From positions 84,382,001-84,446,000 of the forward strand of contig OX597817.1 in the NCBI GenBank assembly GCA_951406725.2: DNA of 64,000 nt, written 5' to 3'. Under the pieces are notes generated by a model. That model made no database searches and was not told where the DNA came from. It saw nothing but the letters and a program-made list of their open reading frames with translations. The stretch comes from Octopus vulgaris. Taxonomy: Eukaryota. Shown here piece by piece: positions 15,327-30,367 of the stretch. Each line of letters starts with the position of its first letter. The stretch's first letter is position 1. A program made the translations under genes and the position numbers.

Positions 15327-16463
15327 CATTTTTGTCCATTCTTCAGCTAAAACAGTCTCCAGTTCTTGTAGTGATGATGGTGGAGGATATCGACTCTTTA
15401 CTTCTTTTTCTAAAATGCACTATAAAAGTTCAATAATATTGATACCTGAGGACTGTGGTGGCTAGATAAAATGTTTCACTTCACCAAAATGTTCCTCATG
15501 CCATTCAGTAACAACTTTAGATGTATGAATTGGTGCATTATCATCCTGAAAGATTGCGTTTCCCTCCGGAAACATTTCCGCAACCATACGATGAATTTGA
15601 TCAGATAAAATGCTTAAATAGTCTTCACTATTAATTCTACCACGAAGGGAAACCATTGGGCCGCCGGATTTCCGAGATATAGCCCCCCAGCTCATCACAT
15701 ATCCTCCTACATGTTTAACAGTTGGTAGAAGGAAGTCTTGGTCAAATACTTCTTTTGGCTGTCTCCACATGTATACTCGGCCGGTGGTCGGAAATAAGGT
15801 AAAGGATGACTCGTCTGAAAAAATAACATTCTTTCACTTTTCTAGGGACCAATTCAGTAGGTTTTTACTCCACTCTAAACGCTTTGAAACGATTGTTTTT
15901 GAAAGTAGTGGTTTTCTGATTGTAGCCCTCCCGTGAAATCCGGATTTGTGCAGCTCCCAGCGAACAGTTTTTTTGTGGAAACTAGATTCTCGAGGTGGTC
16001 ATTAAGCTCTGCAGTAATTTTGGGAGCTGTACTTTTGTGATCCTTTCAAACAATTCGCGTTAGAGTCCGACGGTCTCTCTCTGAAAGTTTTGGTTTTCTT
16101 CCAGAGTTTTGTTTCGACGAGGAGGTTTTTCCCTCTTTCTCAAAGGCTGTCATTACTTTCGAGACAGTACTTCTTGATACACCAAACATCTCGGCTATTT
16201 TCGTCACGCTAGCACCTGCCATACGACCATCAACAATTTGACCTGTTTGAAAGTATGATAGATCTGTCATTTTAATGAATTTTAATTACTTTTTTTCTGA
16301 TGATATCTAAAAAAAACCAGCAATTTTTTTGCAAAACATATTAAGCAACACTAATAATAAATCAAACAACATAAAAATAAACACTGTTTTTGATGGTTTT
16401 ATAGATATTTCAAAATTATGATGCTCTGATGCTGGGTGTTACCATTATTTTGTCCAAGCCCTG
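15327..16463 (-). mobile_element. Tc1 (DD34E) transposon, 3'-truncated copy of the family at 30368-31615
   Basis: One TIR (...CCATTATTTTGTCCAAGCCCTG|TA). HTH ORF 16046-16270 and DDE ORF 15462-15770 (PTVKH.GG.VM.WG, FQDDNAP). Confidence 0.9.
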
Positions 16464-16758
16464 TATATATATAATCATAGGTACAGAAATGACGTACTCT
16501 GAGGGAATTTAAAGGTAACGTACTCCACGGGTAGAGTAAGAAATCTTTGAATCAGGTACTCAAAAACAGTCGGAAGGATGTGGACTGTCCGTGTAAGCTT
16601 GCAGTAAATAGTCAGTTCAAATAATCAAAGAATTAGCGTTAAGTTAATACATTTCTTATGCACGTCCTCATGTTGTCCAATTTTATTCGTTTATTTGAAT
16701 TAACTACACACACACTCACACGCACACACATACAAACATACATACATACATACATACA

Positions 16759-16861
<103 letters not shown>

Positions 16862-19435
16862 GTATATATAGATATATTCATATTAACTTGCACAAACATG
16901 CAAATATATAAACAGGGGGACGCACAAAATATACGTTCACGAAGATAAATGCACACGTATATGTATACGTATACATATACGTATACGTATATCTATACAT
17001 GTATGTATACGTATATGTATAATCTGTACTCCTACATATCTATATGCATCAACATGCACATGAATGAATCTAGAGGCATGCAGGAAAGCGCTCAGGTTAG
17101 CTCCTGTTGCCATGAAGAGCTGAGAGCTGTAGCCACAGTAGGGAAAGGACGAAGAGAGAGAAAGAGGGCTTGTCGCAGTGTGCTTGTATATATACAAGAA
17201 TAGCCAGTAAAATTCATGGAGGTAGAGTCCAAATGAGAACGAAGATCCGGTGGTAATCTGGGTGGAGTGCTGGTTATGTAGCTGAAGAGAGGTACCGAAA
17301 GTTCAGGAAATAGGATTGAGAGTCAAAGAGCGTAGGAAGTTCAGTCAGGCAAGATCAAACTGAGGTGATCACGTGAGCGTGTGTAATATATTGTTCAAAT
17401 TTACAGAAAACAAAAGATGAAGACATGTGTAGGAATAACAAGCAGCTGTATTGGTTTAACACTCGGGAAGAATGGCAAAGTCTTTTACGTTTCGAACTTA
17501 CGCTCTTCGACGAAAGTACTAAGAGGGATGAAAAGAAGAGGGAATGAAAACAATGTTGAGATTAACGGTTCAGCATGACTAAATAGCCAGAAAGCTAAAT
17601 GAAAGGTAGATAATGACGGTGACCCGGCGGAACGAATCTATTCTCGTGCGCGTGTGAGTATGTGAGAATAGTGTTTATGTGTGTGTATGTGTGGGTAAGC
17701 TGAAAAATATGTGTACCTGTCTGTGTATATGAGTAAGTGACCCAGTGCGTACATTATGTGGAGTGATATGCGTTACATCTACTGGTATTTGTGTGTGCAT
17801 ATGGATGTGTGTACGTATGTGTGCGCGGTTATCATGAGCGAGCATAAGCATTGGCCTGGGTGTGTTCGTATGTGTACAAGTAACCTAGTGTATGTGCTGT
17901 GTGGAGTGATGTGCGTTTTGTGTATTTGCGTGTGTGCATGGGCGCGTATGGACCTGTGTATATGCGTGAGGCTAACATGTGTGTGTATGTGTGTATGTGT
18001 GTGAGAGCGTGAACAAACACTTGTGTTTAGCAGTTGATATGTGTTTGTCCAGGTGGTATGTATACGTGTGTATGTGACTGTAACTATATATTGTGCATGT
18101 ATACAGCGTATGTTTGTACCATTGCAAAACAAATATGTACAAGGAACGATTTGCTTGACTAAATCTTTCACGGCAGTACCCCAATACGCAGACCAATGAT
18201 TGAAGCAAGTAAAAAAAAAGGAAAAAAATGAAGGATTAAAACATAACTGAAAATACCCAAAGATGTCCCTCACCGACAAAATTGACGAAATTAAACTCTA
18301 AGACACAAAAATAAGCAACCAGTCAAAACATACCCAAATAACAACCAATCAACAGATGCAAAAATACAAACAACGAACAAACACAAATAAGAAATACTAC
18401 ACGAATACCATGAGTGTGATTTATTTAGCTTATTAAATTAACTTGACCATACACACACACACACTTTACTCCACACAAGGACACATATGGGAATACGGAC
18501 CCAAACACATAGAGATGCACATCCATACATACAAACATGGTACATAGTTGCAAAACAGACACACACAGACATGTACACACAAGGAAACAGCGGTGCATAC
18601 ATATACAAACACATACTCACACACACACATACATAGAAAATGCACACACACGGACATGCAAACACATGAATATGCACACACATACATACACACATACATA
18701 CGTACATGCATGCATAGGCACACACACACACTGACCCACACACATGCGCACAAACAAAAAGGAACGGAGTGTAAATAACGGACAGAGTTAAGACTATTGA
18801 AAAGGTTGCAAGACGCAACGAAAATTTTAGGAAAATAAAAATAAGAAACAAGTGGAAATTTTACCGGTGAGTGTGTTACATTATAAGAGCGCAAAAAGAA
18901 AATGACTCTCCAGACACAACAGAATAGATAACTACTTCTAGTTTTAACATTTCGCTTCTAAAAATTACATTGGCGTGAAGCTGGAATCGCAATATAAGCA
19001 TTCAATTTAAATGTGCTATTATACGTGTATGTATGTATCTATATATGTATTCATGTATGTATGTGTGTGTGTGTATGTATGTATGTATTCTGTCTGTATG
19101 TATGTAAACATTTACAGTTAGTCTTACTGACAATTAAAGTTGGTCTCACTGTGAAAATAATGATTGCATTGATTCCTTAGCGTGATGTGTATAACAAATT
19201 AATTCTAACTACAGACGGGATAATAATCAATCACAATAGACTACAAAGGTAATTCGAAAAATACATCAGGGCCCAACTAACTCTTCTCCTCGCTAGCAGA
19301 GAGAGAAAAGGATGAACTTACAATCCATGATCCAACACTCTGGTCTCCATCTCGCTCCTATTCAGTTTACTACGTTAAAATCCAGTCGTCTCACTAAAGT
19401 TTGAATATTTTAGTTCAAATATTTATTTTTGTCAA

Positions 19436-20015
19436 GGCGGAAGCTGGCAGAAATGTTAGTATGCCGGGCGAAATGCGTAGCTATATTTCGTCTGCCGTTG
19501 CGTTCTGAGTTCAAATTCCGCCGAGGTCGACTTTGCCGTTCATACTTTCGGGGTCGATAAATTAAGTACCACTTACGCACTGAGGCTGATGTAATCTACT
19601 TAATCCGTTTGTCTGTCCTTGTTTGTCCCCTCTGTGTTTAGCCCCTTGTGGGTAGTAAAGAAATAGGTATTTCGTCTGCCGCTACGTTCTGAGTTCAAAT
19701 TCCGCCGAGGTCGACATTGCCTTTCATCCTTTCGGGATCGATTAAATAAGTACCAGTTACGCACTGGGGTCGATGTAATCGACTTAATCCGTTTGTCTGT
19801 CCTTGTTTGTCCTCTCTGTGTTTAGCACCTTGTGGGTAGTAAAGAAATAGGTATTTCGTTTGTCTTTACATTCTGAGTTCAAATGCCGCCGAGGTCGGCT
19901 TTGCTTTTCATCCTTTCTGTCTCGATAAATTAAGTATCAGTTGCGTACTGGAGTCGATTTAATCGACTGGCCCTTTACCCCACAAATTTCGGGCCTTGTT
20001 TCTAGAGTAGAGAAG
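19436..20015 (+). mobile_element. SINE family B with three tandem 184-bp internal units
   Basis: Head GGCGGAAGCTGGCAGAAATGTTAG. The unit TATTTCGT...GAGTTCAAAT...GAGGTCG...CCTTTCATCCTTTCGGGGTCGAT recurs at 19484, 19668 and 19852. Confidence 0.85.
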
Positions 20016-20437
20016 AATATTTATTTTTGTCATAGATGCAAAGCCACTGCTTATTTATTAGAATGAGATTGTGGGGAGTTTATTCCTTTTTCTAAGGTTA
20101 CAGTTGACATGTGTAATATCGGAGGGCTGTAGCAGAAAACCGAAATCTCAGACTTATCTCTAAAGGCTGGCTTCTCGTGAATGATTCTATACTTGTGTGT
20201 GTGCATGTGTGTGTGCATATGTGTGCATGTGTGTGCATGTGTGTGCATGTGTGTGTGTGTGTTTGTGTATGTATTTATGTATGTATGTGCTTGCGTATGT
20301 GTTTCAGCTTTTTGTAATCTGCTCTCTCCTTCCCTCATACTCTGCTCTCCTCGCCACTTTTCTTTATATATTTGTCTTGTTCGCATTTCATAAGTAATTG
20401 CGTATCTGTGAGTGTGACTGTATCTGGTGCTTGAAAT

Positions 20438-20439
<2 letters not shown>

Positions 20440-20531
<92 letters not shown>

Positions 20532-20535
20532 TGTG
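20440..20535. repeat. (TG)n microsatellite
   Basis: Visible directly. Confidence 0.95.
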
Positions 20536-21324
20536 TGTCTGTGCTTATGTTTTTGTCTGAGTGTGTATATGCTTGCGCAAGTTTCTAAGTGTATGTATGT
20601 ATTTCAAAATGTGCATCATACTTTTTTCTGTTTTGAACATAATGCAGAGAAACTTTCCTTTCTTTTGATGTTTATCACATCAAAGTTTTCAAATGTCAGT
20701 TCTTTTGCTACACTAGTGTTCATCTACTTGGCCTTTCGTATAAGTGATCAATCAAAATACTGAACGGATGGGATATGAAGAAAAAGAGTGCATCGTTTAA
20801 AAACAATTTATGTCATTGCTTTCACTGCCAACTAACATAGTTTGTCATTCTTTTAAATCACGTTAGGTAATATGAAATTTTCGCCTGTCAATGCTAGATT
20901 TCTTCGGTGTTTTATCAATTGATTCTTTGTTATGCAATGTGTACTGATGGTATTCCGTCTGCCGTAATCTTGTCAAAGAAAATCATTATTACAAACGTGG
21001 CTATTCTTTGGTCCATAAAACGCTGGTGTTCTTCTATAAAACAATATATTGAACTCACCACTATTGAACCTCATTTCCCTAGGATGTAAATCTATTAGGA
21101 GTGTCCTGCTTAGAGATGAGCTGTCAAAAATGCGAGTTAGTAAACTAAATTCATTTACTGTCTTCTCTGTTACGCTGAACCCTGATGTAGATCGTAAAAA
21201 TTATCTTTAAGTAAAAACATATTCAGCGACGGAAAACTTAATATATGGTGGCATAAAATTTCAGATTTAACATACTTGTAGATGCTGTCTCCATTCTTGT
21301 ATATTAACATACTCGAGTGTATTT

Positions 21325-21715
<391 letters not shown>

Positions 21716-23911
21716 TGCTGCTATTTAAATATTCATTAATATATGTATTCGTAAATATATGTGTTCGCAAAGAGCTTCTGTAACGGAGTAAATTTTTCTA
21801 CGTTTCGTCCTTATATTAATTCATATTAACATAATACCAAAACTTTTCTCAAAAGTAAATAAATTTTTATATTTTTCAAATAAAAGGAGCAGCTAAATGT
21901 TTGACTTGTCTAGACTGTTGTCTGATGTTTTTACTATGATATTGGGATCGGTCAAAAAATGTAATTCAATAATATATTTAAAAGCTTTTTATGAACAATG
22001 ACTGTATAAAGAATGTAAAATAAAGTACGTATAACAAATAGCAACAAATTTCCACCCACTTGGACCCATTAACGAAACATGTAAGTTAATTAATTCCCAG
22101 AAGAGTCTGTCTATGCCAACTGCACTCTGAGAAATACGTATCGTTTGCAACTTCCAGACACGAAATAAATGAAGGGTAGGTGTAACTGTCTAGGCATATC
22201 TAGATTTCTCGAAAATAATTTAAAAGATTCGAATGGAATATATGAAGCTGATACTCTGGGAAATAATCTAGATAGCTCTGCAAAACCCATCCTAACGATG
22301 GTGTTCAACAAAGTATTTGGTTATAATGAGAACATTTTCCTCAGACAATATTTAATTAAATTCTGCAAAGGATACAAGTAGATCTCAGAATTATACCACC
22401 TGATATAACCTTTCTCGACCCATGCATGAAGTAAGCAACAAAAAAATCAGAGAGTTAATTTTCATTGACATTTGGTGGGTGTTGAATAATAATGGTACTG
22501 ACACGAAAATATTTCAGTTCGGAGATTTCAGGATAACATGACGTTATATGAGTAGGAAATGATTAATCACAGTAAATAGATGGAGAATCACATACAGGTT
22601 GGAATTTACGTTTTCTCCCTACCAACCGTCACCATACTCAAGTACCGCATGACGTTGATAATATTAACATTCCCAGATTAATTCTAGGATCTTAATAAAT
22701 TATGTTGAGTGATGTGATAAATGCCGGTTGCAAAAGGTAACCTTCATAGACCTACCGGGGGGGGGGGGGTTCAGCTATCAATCAAATCTTCATGTTTGTC
22801 ATATTTTTGTGAGTTTCATTGAGATATCTTCCATTATGAAAACTAATAATCATCGAGCTAATATAATAACATCACTAGAGCTCGAATCAAGGGGCTATAT
22901 CCATATATATGGAAACCAAAATTAATTCATGGACAGCATCAAGCCTAAAATCCTTAAGAGAAGTGGCCCTTCGTGTAAAAACTTGAAGGGTCCGCTAAAA
23001 TCCAAACAGATGTTTCTATTTTATCAGTAGCCCTACTGCCTATAATGAAAGCCTAGATCTTAACTTACAATGGCTGAGATAGTTGAGTATAGTGATGGTT
23101 GGTAGGGAGGAGCAAACGTATATTTCGATCTGTATGTGATTCTCCAACTATTTACTGTGTTACTCCACTGAGATTAATTATTTCCTACTCATATGACGTA
23201 ATGTGTCAACCGCTATCACAATCACAACCACCAAGTTTTGATTACGAGAGGATTAAACGAGTGAATTGCTTTGCATCATCTTTAGATTAATGTATTCGGA
23301 CCAGGTAACATAGTCTACAGTGTATGTATACCCGAAATCAGATTCCATCAATGAGATATAGTGAACACAGAATCATTCTACGAAGAAAATACTAAATTTC
23401 CGAACCGTAAGGACAACTCTAGAATAGGACCCTTTCTACCAACGTGTTGGGAATTGGCACTTGGACATGAAGCGAGGTAGTAGTGGATACTGCAACTTCT
23501 TATCGCATTTTTCTGTTTCTTTTATGGATTTTTTTACTTTTCTCTCATTCAAGGAAATAGTTAATGGCATATCGCTTTGCCATGTGACATTATGTCATTT
23601 TACATTTCTCGTAGCCTTACACTATATAAGACTTTTAATTTCACTATGCCGTCGCTTTTCCAGAGTAAGTAGTTTCTTCTCATCGACTCCGTATGCGTAT
23701 TGAAGCTGTCAGGGAATTTTTGCTCTATATTGAAGTTGTGGCCCTGATCACGTCTTAAAACGTGAAAAACATTAAGCAAAGGGATGAAATCTTGTCACAA
23801 AAGTACCCAAAATCTACGGCGCTTGAATGCAAAAATAAATTTATATAGATACAATAATCGTCGTATCTGTTGCCTCTCATCTTTCTAGCATAGTTTCTTT
23901 CTTGTTATATA

Positions 23912-25200
23912 CGAGGGGCGTTCAATAAGTAATGCCCCTGACCCACTTCCCATAGCAGTAGAGCAACGAAACTTGGCACGGTTATTAGTCTTTTTCTACA
24001 TAAGAACCACCCAGAGTTACGCATTTCTCCCATCGTTTGATGCGGCTCTAGAGACCGTTTTTGTAGAAGAACCCAGCTTGGTCCTCCAACCTCAACATGA
24101 CTTCAGAAATCAAGGCTGCATCATCTGGGAAACGCTTTCCTTTCAAAAACAACTTCATGATTGGGAAGGGGTGAAAATCAGAGGGTGCAACGTCAGGAAA
24201 GTAGGGGGGATGGGGAGGAGTTCATAGCCATACGCCTGTGCTCCTGATCTGGCGACAAGCGAGTTGTGGACCGGAGCGTTGTCCTGCAGGAGGAGGATGC
24301 CTTTGCTGATCTTGCCCCGCCTCTTGATTTTGATAGCTTCCCTTAATTTCCTCAAAAGTGAAGCATAATAGGCTCCTGCAATTGTGGTACCCTTTGCCAG
24401 GAAATCTGTCATCACTACTCCGTCCTGGTCCCAGAATACTGTGAGCATGACCTTGCCAGCGGAGGGCTGCACCCTTGCCTTCTTTGGAGGGGGAGTCACG
24501 GTGCTTCCACTGCATTGACTGGGCTTTGGTCTCTGGATCATCGTGATGGACCCAGGTTTCATCCTGTGTAATCATTCTTTTGAAAAATGTTGACTCATCT
24601 TCTTGGCACATCTCCAAATTCACCCTCGAGCACTCGACGCGTTCTTGCTTCTGGAAAGGCGTGAGCAACCTGGGAATCCATCTGGCAGACATCTTTTGCA
24701 TATGCAAATGGTCATGAATGATAGTTTCCACAGACCCAGTACTAATCTTGACCTCATGGGCTATTTGGCGAATAATTATGCGTCGATCTTCCAAAATGGC
24801 AGCCTCAACTTGACGGACAGATGCCTCATCAATGGCAGAAGGGGGCGACCAGATCTGGGAGCTGTTTCCACAGAGTTCCGACCATGTTTGAATTCACGAT
24901 GCCAGCGTTTTACAAGGTCATATGATAGGGCATCATCACCATAAGTTACTTTCATTTCATCAAAAGTCTCCTGTGGTGTGCGTCCTTTCAAATACAAAAA
25001 CCGGATCACTGCTCGACACTCAACAGGCTCTATTTCACACTTGACTCGGTTCAAACACCTGTAAATCAGAAACCACAATTAATTCAGTGCTGTAATTTGC
25101 CACTTACTCTATAGAGATATGAATAATTGCACATGCAAACTTTCGGCTAGATCAAACAACTGCAAATGGGTCAGAGGCATTACTTATTGAACGTCCCTCG
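23912..25200 (-). mobile_element. Full-length mariner (DD34D) element, 1289 bp, with a frameshifted transposase
   Basis: TA-flanked TIRs CGAGGGGCGTTCAATAAGTAATGCCCCTGACCCA / TGGGTCAGAGGCATTACTTATTGAACGTCCCTCG. Motifs WIPRLL, TQDETWVH, SAGKVMLTVFWD, LLQDNAP and PDVAPSDF are split across frames. Confidence 0.93.
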
Positions 25201-25762
25201 TATGTAATATAAATTATATATATATATGTATATATATATACATACGTATATGTACATACTTACATCTATACGTATATATATATATGCATATATATATATG
25301 CATACCATCGGCCATCTTTCTTCCTTTCTCTCTGTTGTAGCTGTAACAAGGAAGACGTGTTCTTGTTTGTCTCCTGTCCTAGCTTGATTTACGCGTTCGC
25401 CACTACAATCTCGTTTAGGCTTAGCAGCCCTTCATGCTTGTTTTCACTGTCCTGTTTGTACTACTTAATTTGATCCTCCACAAAATCCCAAATTTTATTT
25501 AATTTGCTTTGCGGGAGCAACTGTTTTATCGAAAGCGTATATTGTTGTTAAATGTTCGAAATACGAAACTAGAAAAAACAGCCATCAAGTGATGAGGGGT
25601 CGTTCTTTATGCTGTTTGTTTTGTTTCCCATTTGTGTCTTTCGTTTTTCGAAAGAAGAGTTCATGTTCCATGACTCGTGCTTCGTACTTTTTTGTTCTAC
25701 ACGTTTCGTGACGTCCTGTGCTCACGTATAGATGTAAGTATGTACATATACCTACGTATATA

Positions 25763-25825
<63 letters not shown>

Positions 25826-26414
25826 TGTTTATATTACCAATTGTTGTATTCATTTGAGTACTGTCAAAATGTAGACAGTAATAGTAACTTCTACAAAATT
25901 TAGTAGAATAAAAATATATTTGTCTGAATGCTCTTAGTATTTGTTATTTCTTTGTTAATGTGCCCTTTTTATGTTATATTTTATTATCTACGAAAACAAA
26001 CATCATTTCTAGCTGCATTCCTTATTTTATTTTATTCAGATCAACTTTTAATAGATTTCGTAATTCAGGCGTATTTCCAATAATTTATAATTCTGGTAGC
26101 ATTTGTTTAATATAATATTCTACGTTTTCTATATATCATCAAATTCACTCATTTCCAGTCTGTCTCTGTTATATTTTAAACCGGCACCGGAAACAGATAA
26201 GGCATTTATACAAGAAAATGGATATTGCAAGAGTTGTTCGAAACTCAGGGAGATACGTTCGCGACTCGGTTATGAATTCAAATTAAAGATGTATTCTGCT
26301 AATTACATCTTCATGAATGTAGCAATGAAAAAATGACTTCGTATGCTATTTGGTTAATGAAGAGGAACATTTTAACCTGAACATTTTAAGGTTGTTTTCA
26401 AATGAAACACGTAT

Positions 26415-26629
26415 TGGTTTCAAATTGTGGCACAAGGCTTGCAACTTCGAGTAAGGGAGTAAGTCGACAACATCGATCCCAGTGTTCAACTGGTACTTAT
26501 TTTATCGATCCCTAAAGGAGGAAAGGTAAAGTCGACCTCCGGGAAATTTGAACTCAAAACGTAAAAACGGACGAAAAACCGTTAAGTATTTTACCCAGCG
26601 TGCTAACGATTCTGTCGGCTCACCGCCTT
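26415..26629 (-). mobile_element. SINE family B
   Basis: Reverse copy of the head and core of 19436-20015. Confidence 0.75.
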
Positions 26630-28050
26630 AAATGTAAAACATATCAACAATTATAATCTATAGATATTTCTAAAGCAATAGGCCATAACATAGGCAACGG
26701 ATACAATATAGAATAAAAGAAAATTGTTATTTTGCTTGGCTAGCAGAACATTTTTTTTTTTAGTAAAAAACAGGATGGGAAATAGAATAGCAGTACACTT
26801 TATAATGAAAGTTCTAGGGTAAAATCCAGCCATGTGTTCCCTCTGTCGATTAAAACGTACCCAATCAGGGTACTTTTAATCATCAGAGGGAAGCAAGTTA
26901 TAGAAGACAATTTGGGATTCCATTTAGTCTAGACAGTTATTGTGAACGTTTATTCCAACAGCATTTTGCAGAAGATTATTCAAAGTTCTGATGTCTAAAT
27001 GCAGGAAGATTTAATCCATTATTTAAGTTTTGGCATGAGAAATGTAGAAAAAATACTGCCAAAAAATTATAAATGTCAGTCATGTTATAAAGATATTAAA
27101 GTTTTAACTTCCCAAGTCTTTACTCTCTGAATTTTCGTTAGCTCATCTACATATAGCATTGCCAAAGTTCAAAAGATGTTTTCTTAGAAACTAAAATAAA
27201 TTTCGAGAAAAATTAAACCAAGGAGTATAACATAAATCAACACAGGTTCAATCAGTAACTTCTATCCATGTGTCGAAACCAAAATAATATCCATTACACA
27301 GCTGAAGAAGGAATGTATATGTTTGTTGTATTACTTGCGTATATTTTTCGTTATGAGCCTTTTGAATCTTGTATTCTCATCGTTCCAGAGTTGTTCTTCA
27401 TTGAAATTGTTTTCTACAATAGTTAGACTTGTTCAGGGAATTTATAATTTATGGTGGATTTTGTTGCATACATACAGATACACACATACACACATGCACA
27501 CACACATGTGTGTATGTATGTTCCATATAAATATATATATATTAATCGTATATTATGTACAGCATTATATATCCATTACGGCCGGTATTACCAATCGGTT
27601 GCGCACCATGGGTTCAACGGAGTGTTAGGTAATAGTCCGGCTATGAAACACTGCGCTCATCAGGGGTAGCCGTCATAGAATGAAATATGCTCTCTATTGT
27701 TAGAGTTAAATAGATACATCCGGTTTGTGGTTGCTGTGAAAAAGACGATGAAACGAATCGAGCAAAGGATTGAGTCAAGAGTTATAGCGATTGGTGCCAA
27801 AAACATCGTCACTGAGGGTGGTTCTGCTGCAAGTTCGCAATAGTTTTCTGGGAAAGAGTTTGTGGGAAATATGTGTCTTTAAAGTTGGTGTCCTTGTGGA
27901 AATGGAATGTGTGTAGTGGTATTATATGTCAATCCGTTGCCTACACATCCATGTTCCTTAGTGTGCTTCTTTTTTCTATGAATTGGTTAAAATTGTGGGG
28001 CGTCTATGTACGCATGCGGTGTGTGTAAGGGTGCAATGTGTGGGTGCTTT

Positions 28051-28113
<63 letters not shown>

Positions 28114-28250
28114 ACATATATATTAATGTGTATATATATATATATATATACGTATATATATACACATTAACATATATGTAAATATACACACACATGTATG
28201 CATATGATATATATATATATATGTGTATATATATATGGACATATATATAC

Positions 28251-28297
<47 letters not shown>

Positions 28298-28300
28298 TAT

Positions 28301-28348
<48 letters not shown>

Positions 28349-28397
28349 ACATATACATATATACAAACATATATCTACATAGATATATATATATAGA

Positions 28398-28606
28398 TAT
28401 GATGGCTGCGTCCTCGTTATCGAGTATGCCCATTGCACGAAGCTTAACTGTTATTGGTGCTGTGATCGAATGAGACTTTTTAGCCCAGCTAAAGATCTAC
28501 AATGTCTTGTACAAAATTGGTAACTAAAACCTTTACCGGTAATAGCCGGCTGTAGTTGCAACTGGGTTTCATGTACCTTTGCATGTCGTTTAAGTCCTCC
28601 TGCCGA

Positions 28607-28610
<4 letters not shown>
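28398..28610 (-). mobile_element. Short 3'-terminal fragment of the RTE family at 48455-50545
   Basis: Near-identical to about 48458-48666. Confidence 0.85.
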
Positions 28611-28651
<41 letters not shown>

Positions 28652-28747
28652 ACGGGAAGCTTTATGAAAATAAACAAAAGACGAAGGCAGGTGGAAAACA
28701 AACGAACAATTGTATTAGTATGGCGCTCAGGAAATATAAATAAAACA

Positions 28748-28783
<36 letters not shown>

Positions 28784-29651
28784 TAATGTATGTGCTGCCT
28801 ATGTCTCACATGCAAACATAATTGCTCTCTCTCCCTCCTTCTCCCTATCCCTCACTCTTCTTCTCTCTCCCCCTTTCTATGTCTCTCTGTCTCTCTCTCT
28901 CTCTCTCTCTTTCCACACCCATAAATGCTCTTTCTGTCTGACAAACATACACACACTACACACGTGCACACTAAATGTGGTGTAAATCAAACTGAAAGTA
29001 CAGTTTAAACTACAGACATTTTGTTTTCCATGAAACTTTGATGGGACATTCTGAACTTTCAATATTCTTGACCTTGATATCATATATTCCTCACATTGGT
29101 TGAATCTGACCCACTTACATAACTCAGCGTAAAGTGAACTTTCCTCTACACACACACGAGCACACATGCACGTACAGACGCACACTCACACATACTTATG
29201 TACTCATACTCACATGCTCATACTCACACGTACATATACATATATAAAAGATGAGACTCTCCAGCAGTTTCGGAGAGTAACATTCAGTCCTTCAGTCGAC
29301 TTGTTGAATTGAGTACGTGGTTGAGTATTCTGCAGACACATGTGCCATTTTCTTTTCCTTTCCAATCACCTATTTTTCAAGCACGCCAATGAATAAGTTA
29401 AAACAATAGTTTGATTGTGGAATGAATGGAAATTAATACGGGCAGGTGGTTAGCCCCACCTTGTGATTGAAATACAACTAAGTGTCTACAGAAATAGAAA
29501 GAAAATTCAGAAGCTGCACCCACACGCACACACACTCACACTCACAGACACACACACACACATACATGCGCACGTACAAACATACGCACGCACACACACA
29601 GACACACATACACAAACACACACACACACACACACACAGATACAATTCCAT

Positions 29652-29842
29652 GTCCGGCAAGTTCACCGTCATCAGTTCACCGTTTTGGGTTCTTTTTGAA
29701 TAAAATAGTTTTCTAACTATTAAAGGTGAGATACTATGGATATATTTTCTCGGTAAACTTTCCCCGCGGTGAACTTTCTTCAAGGTGAATTGATGGCAGT
29801 GAACTTTCCCTGTGGTGAATTGATGGCGGTGAACTTACCTGT
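29652..29842. repeat. Small fold-back/MITE-like element
   Basis: GGCAAGTTCACCGTCATCAGTTCACC pairs with the inverted GGTGAATTGATGGCGGTGAACTTACC, and the subunit is repeated internally. Confidence 0.6.
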
Positions 29843-29899
29843 AATCACACAATTTGACCCCTTGGTTTGGTTGTTATGAAAGAAAAGCAGACTAGATAC

Positions 29900-30118
29900 C
29901 TTGAAATAGGGTCTGTCTATGTCCGGATATCGCAGAATACCCATGTCTACTATACTACGCTCGATATTTTCGGCAGCCACAAAAAATGTAATAAAATCTT
30001 CTACTGCAGCCCCAGTAGCTGCAACAATGTTTGTGAAATCAGTAATGTTGATTTGTGTTTCCGCTGCAACATCCATATCGCTGATCAGATTGGAAAACCA
30101 TGTTTGTACTTGATAAAC
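29900..30118 (-). CDS. Coding exon 4: VYQVQTWFSNLISDMDVAAETQINITDFTNIVAATGAAVEDFITFFVAAENIERSIVDMGILRYPDIDRPYFK
   Basis: Acceptor ATTCTGTTGTAG, donor CAAG|GTATCT, 219 nt, phase 0-0. Overlaps ORF 29780-30076. Confidence 0.9.
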
Positions 30119-30367
30119 CTACAACAGAATATTACATGGAAGAAATAAAATTAAGAAATGTACAGTATTTTTCCAACCCATAAATGGCTGGAAAAATAAG
30201 TCATAAATGATACAAAATCGGTAGATTAACCCGCAGAGGTTCGATTTGAATAGAAGTCACATAAATCTGTACGATTTCAATTCTCACAGGTAACATTCCT
30301 CTTCTGACTAAAATATAAAATAAAATAAAAGTTTACCTCATTTGATGATGCTAACTTTTTTCATATA

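Noticed and set aside
20600-21125. Minus-strand splice-like signals and a weak zinc-finger-like string (KNQLIKHRR...TGEN)
   Set aside because: Stops in each frame, an implied 25-nt intron, and no complete C2H2 motif.
27335-27415. Short minus-strand exon-like frame ENNFNEEQLWNDENTRFKRLITKNIR
   Set aside because: Weak acceptor, and its phase does not fit between exon 4 and exon 5.
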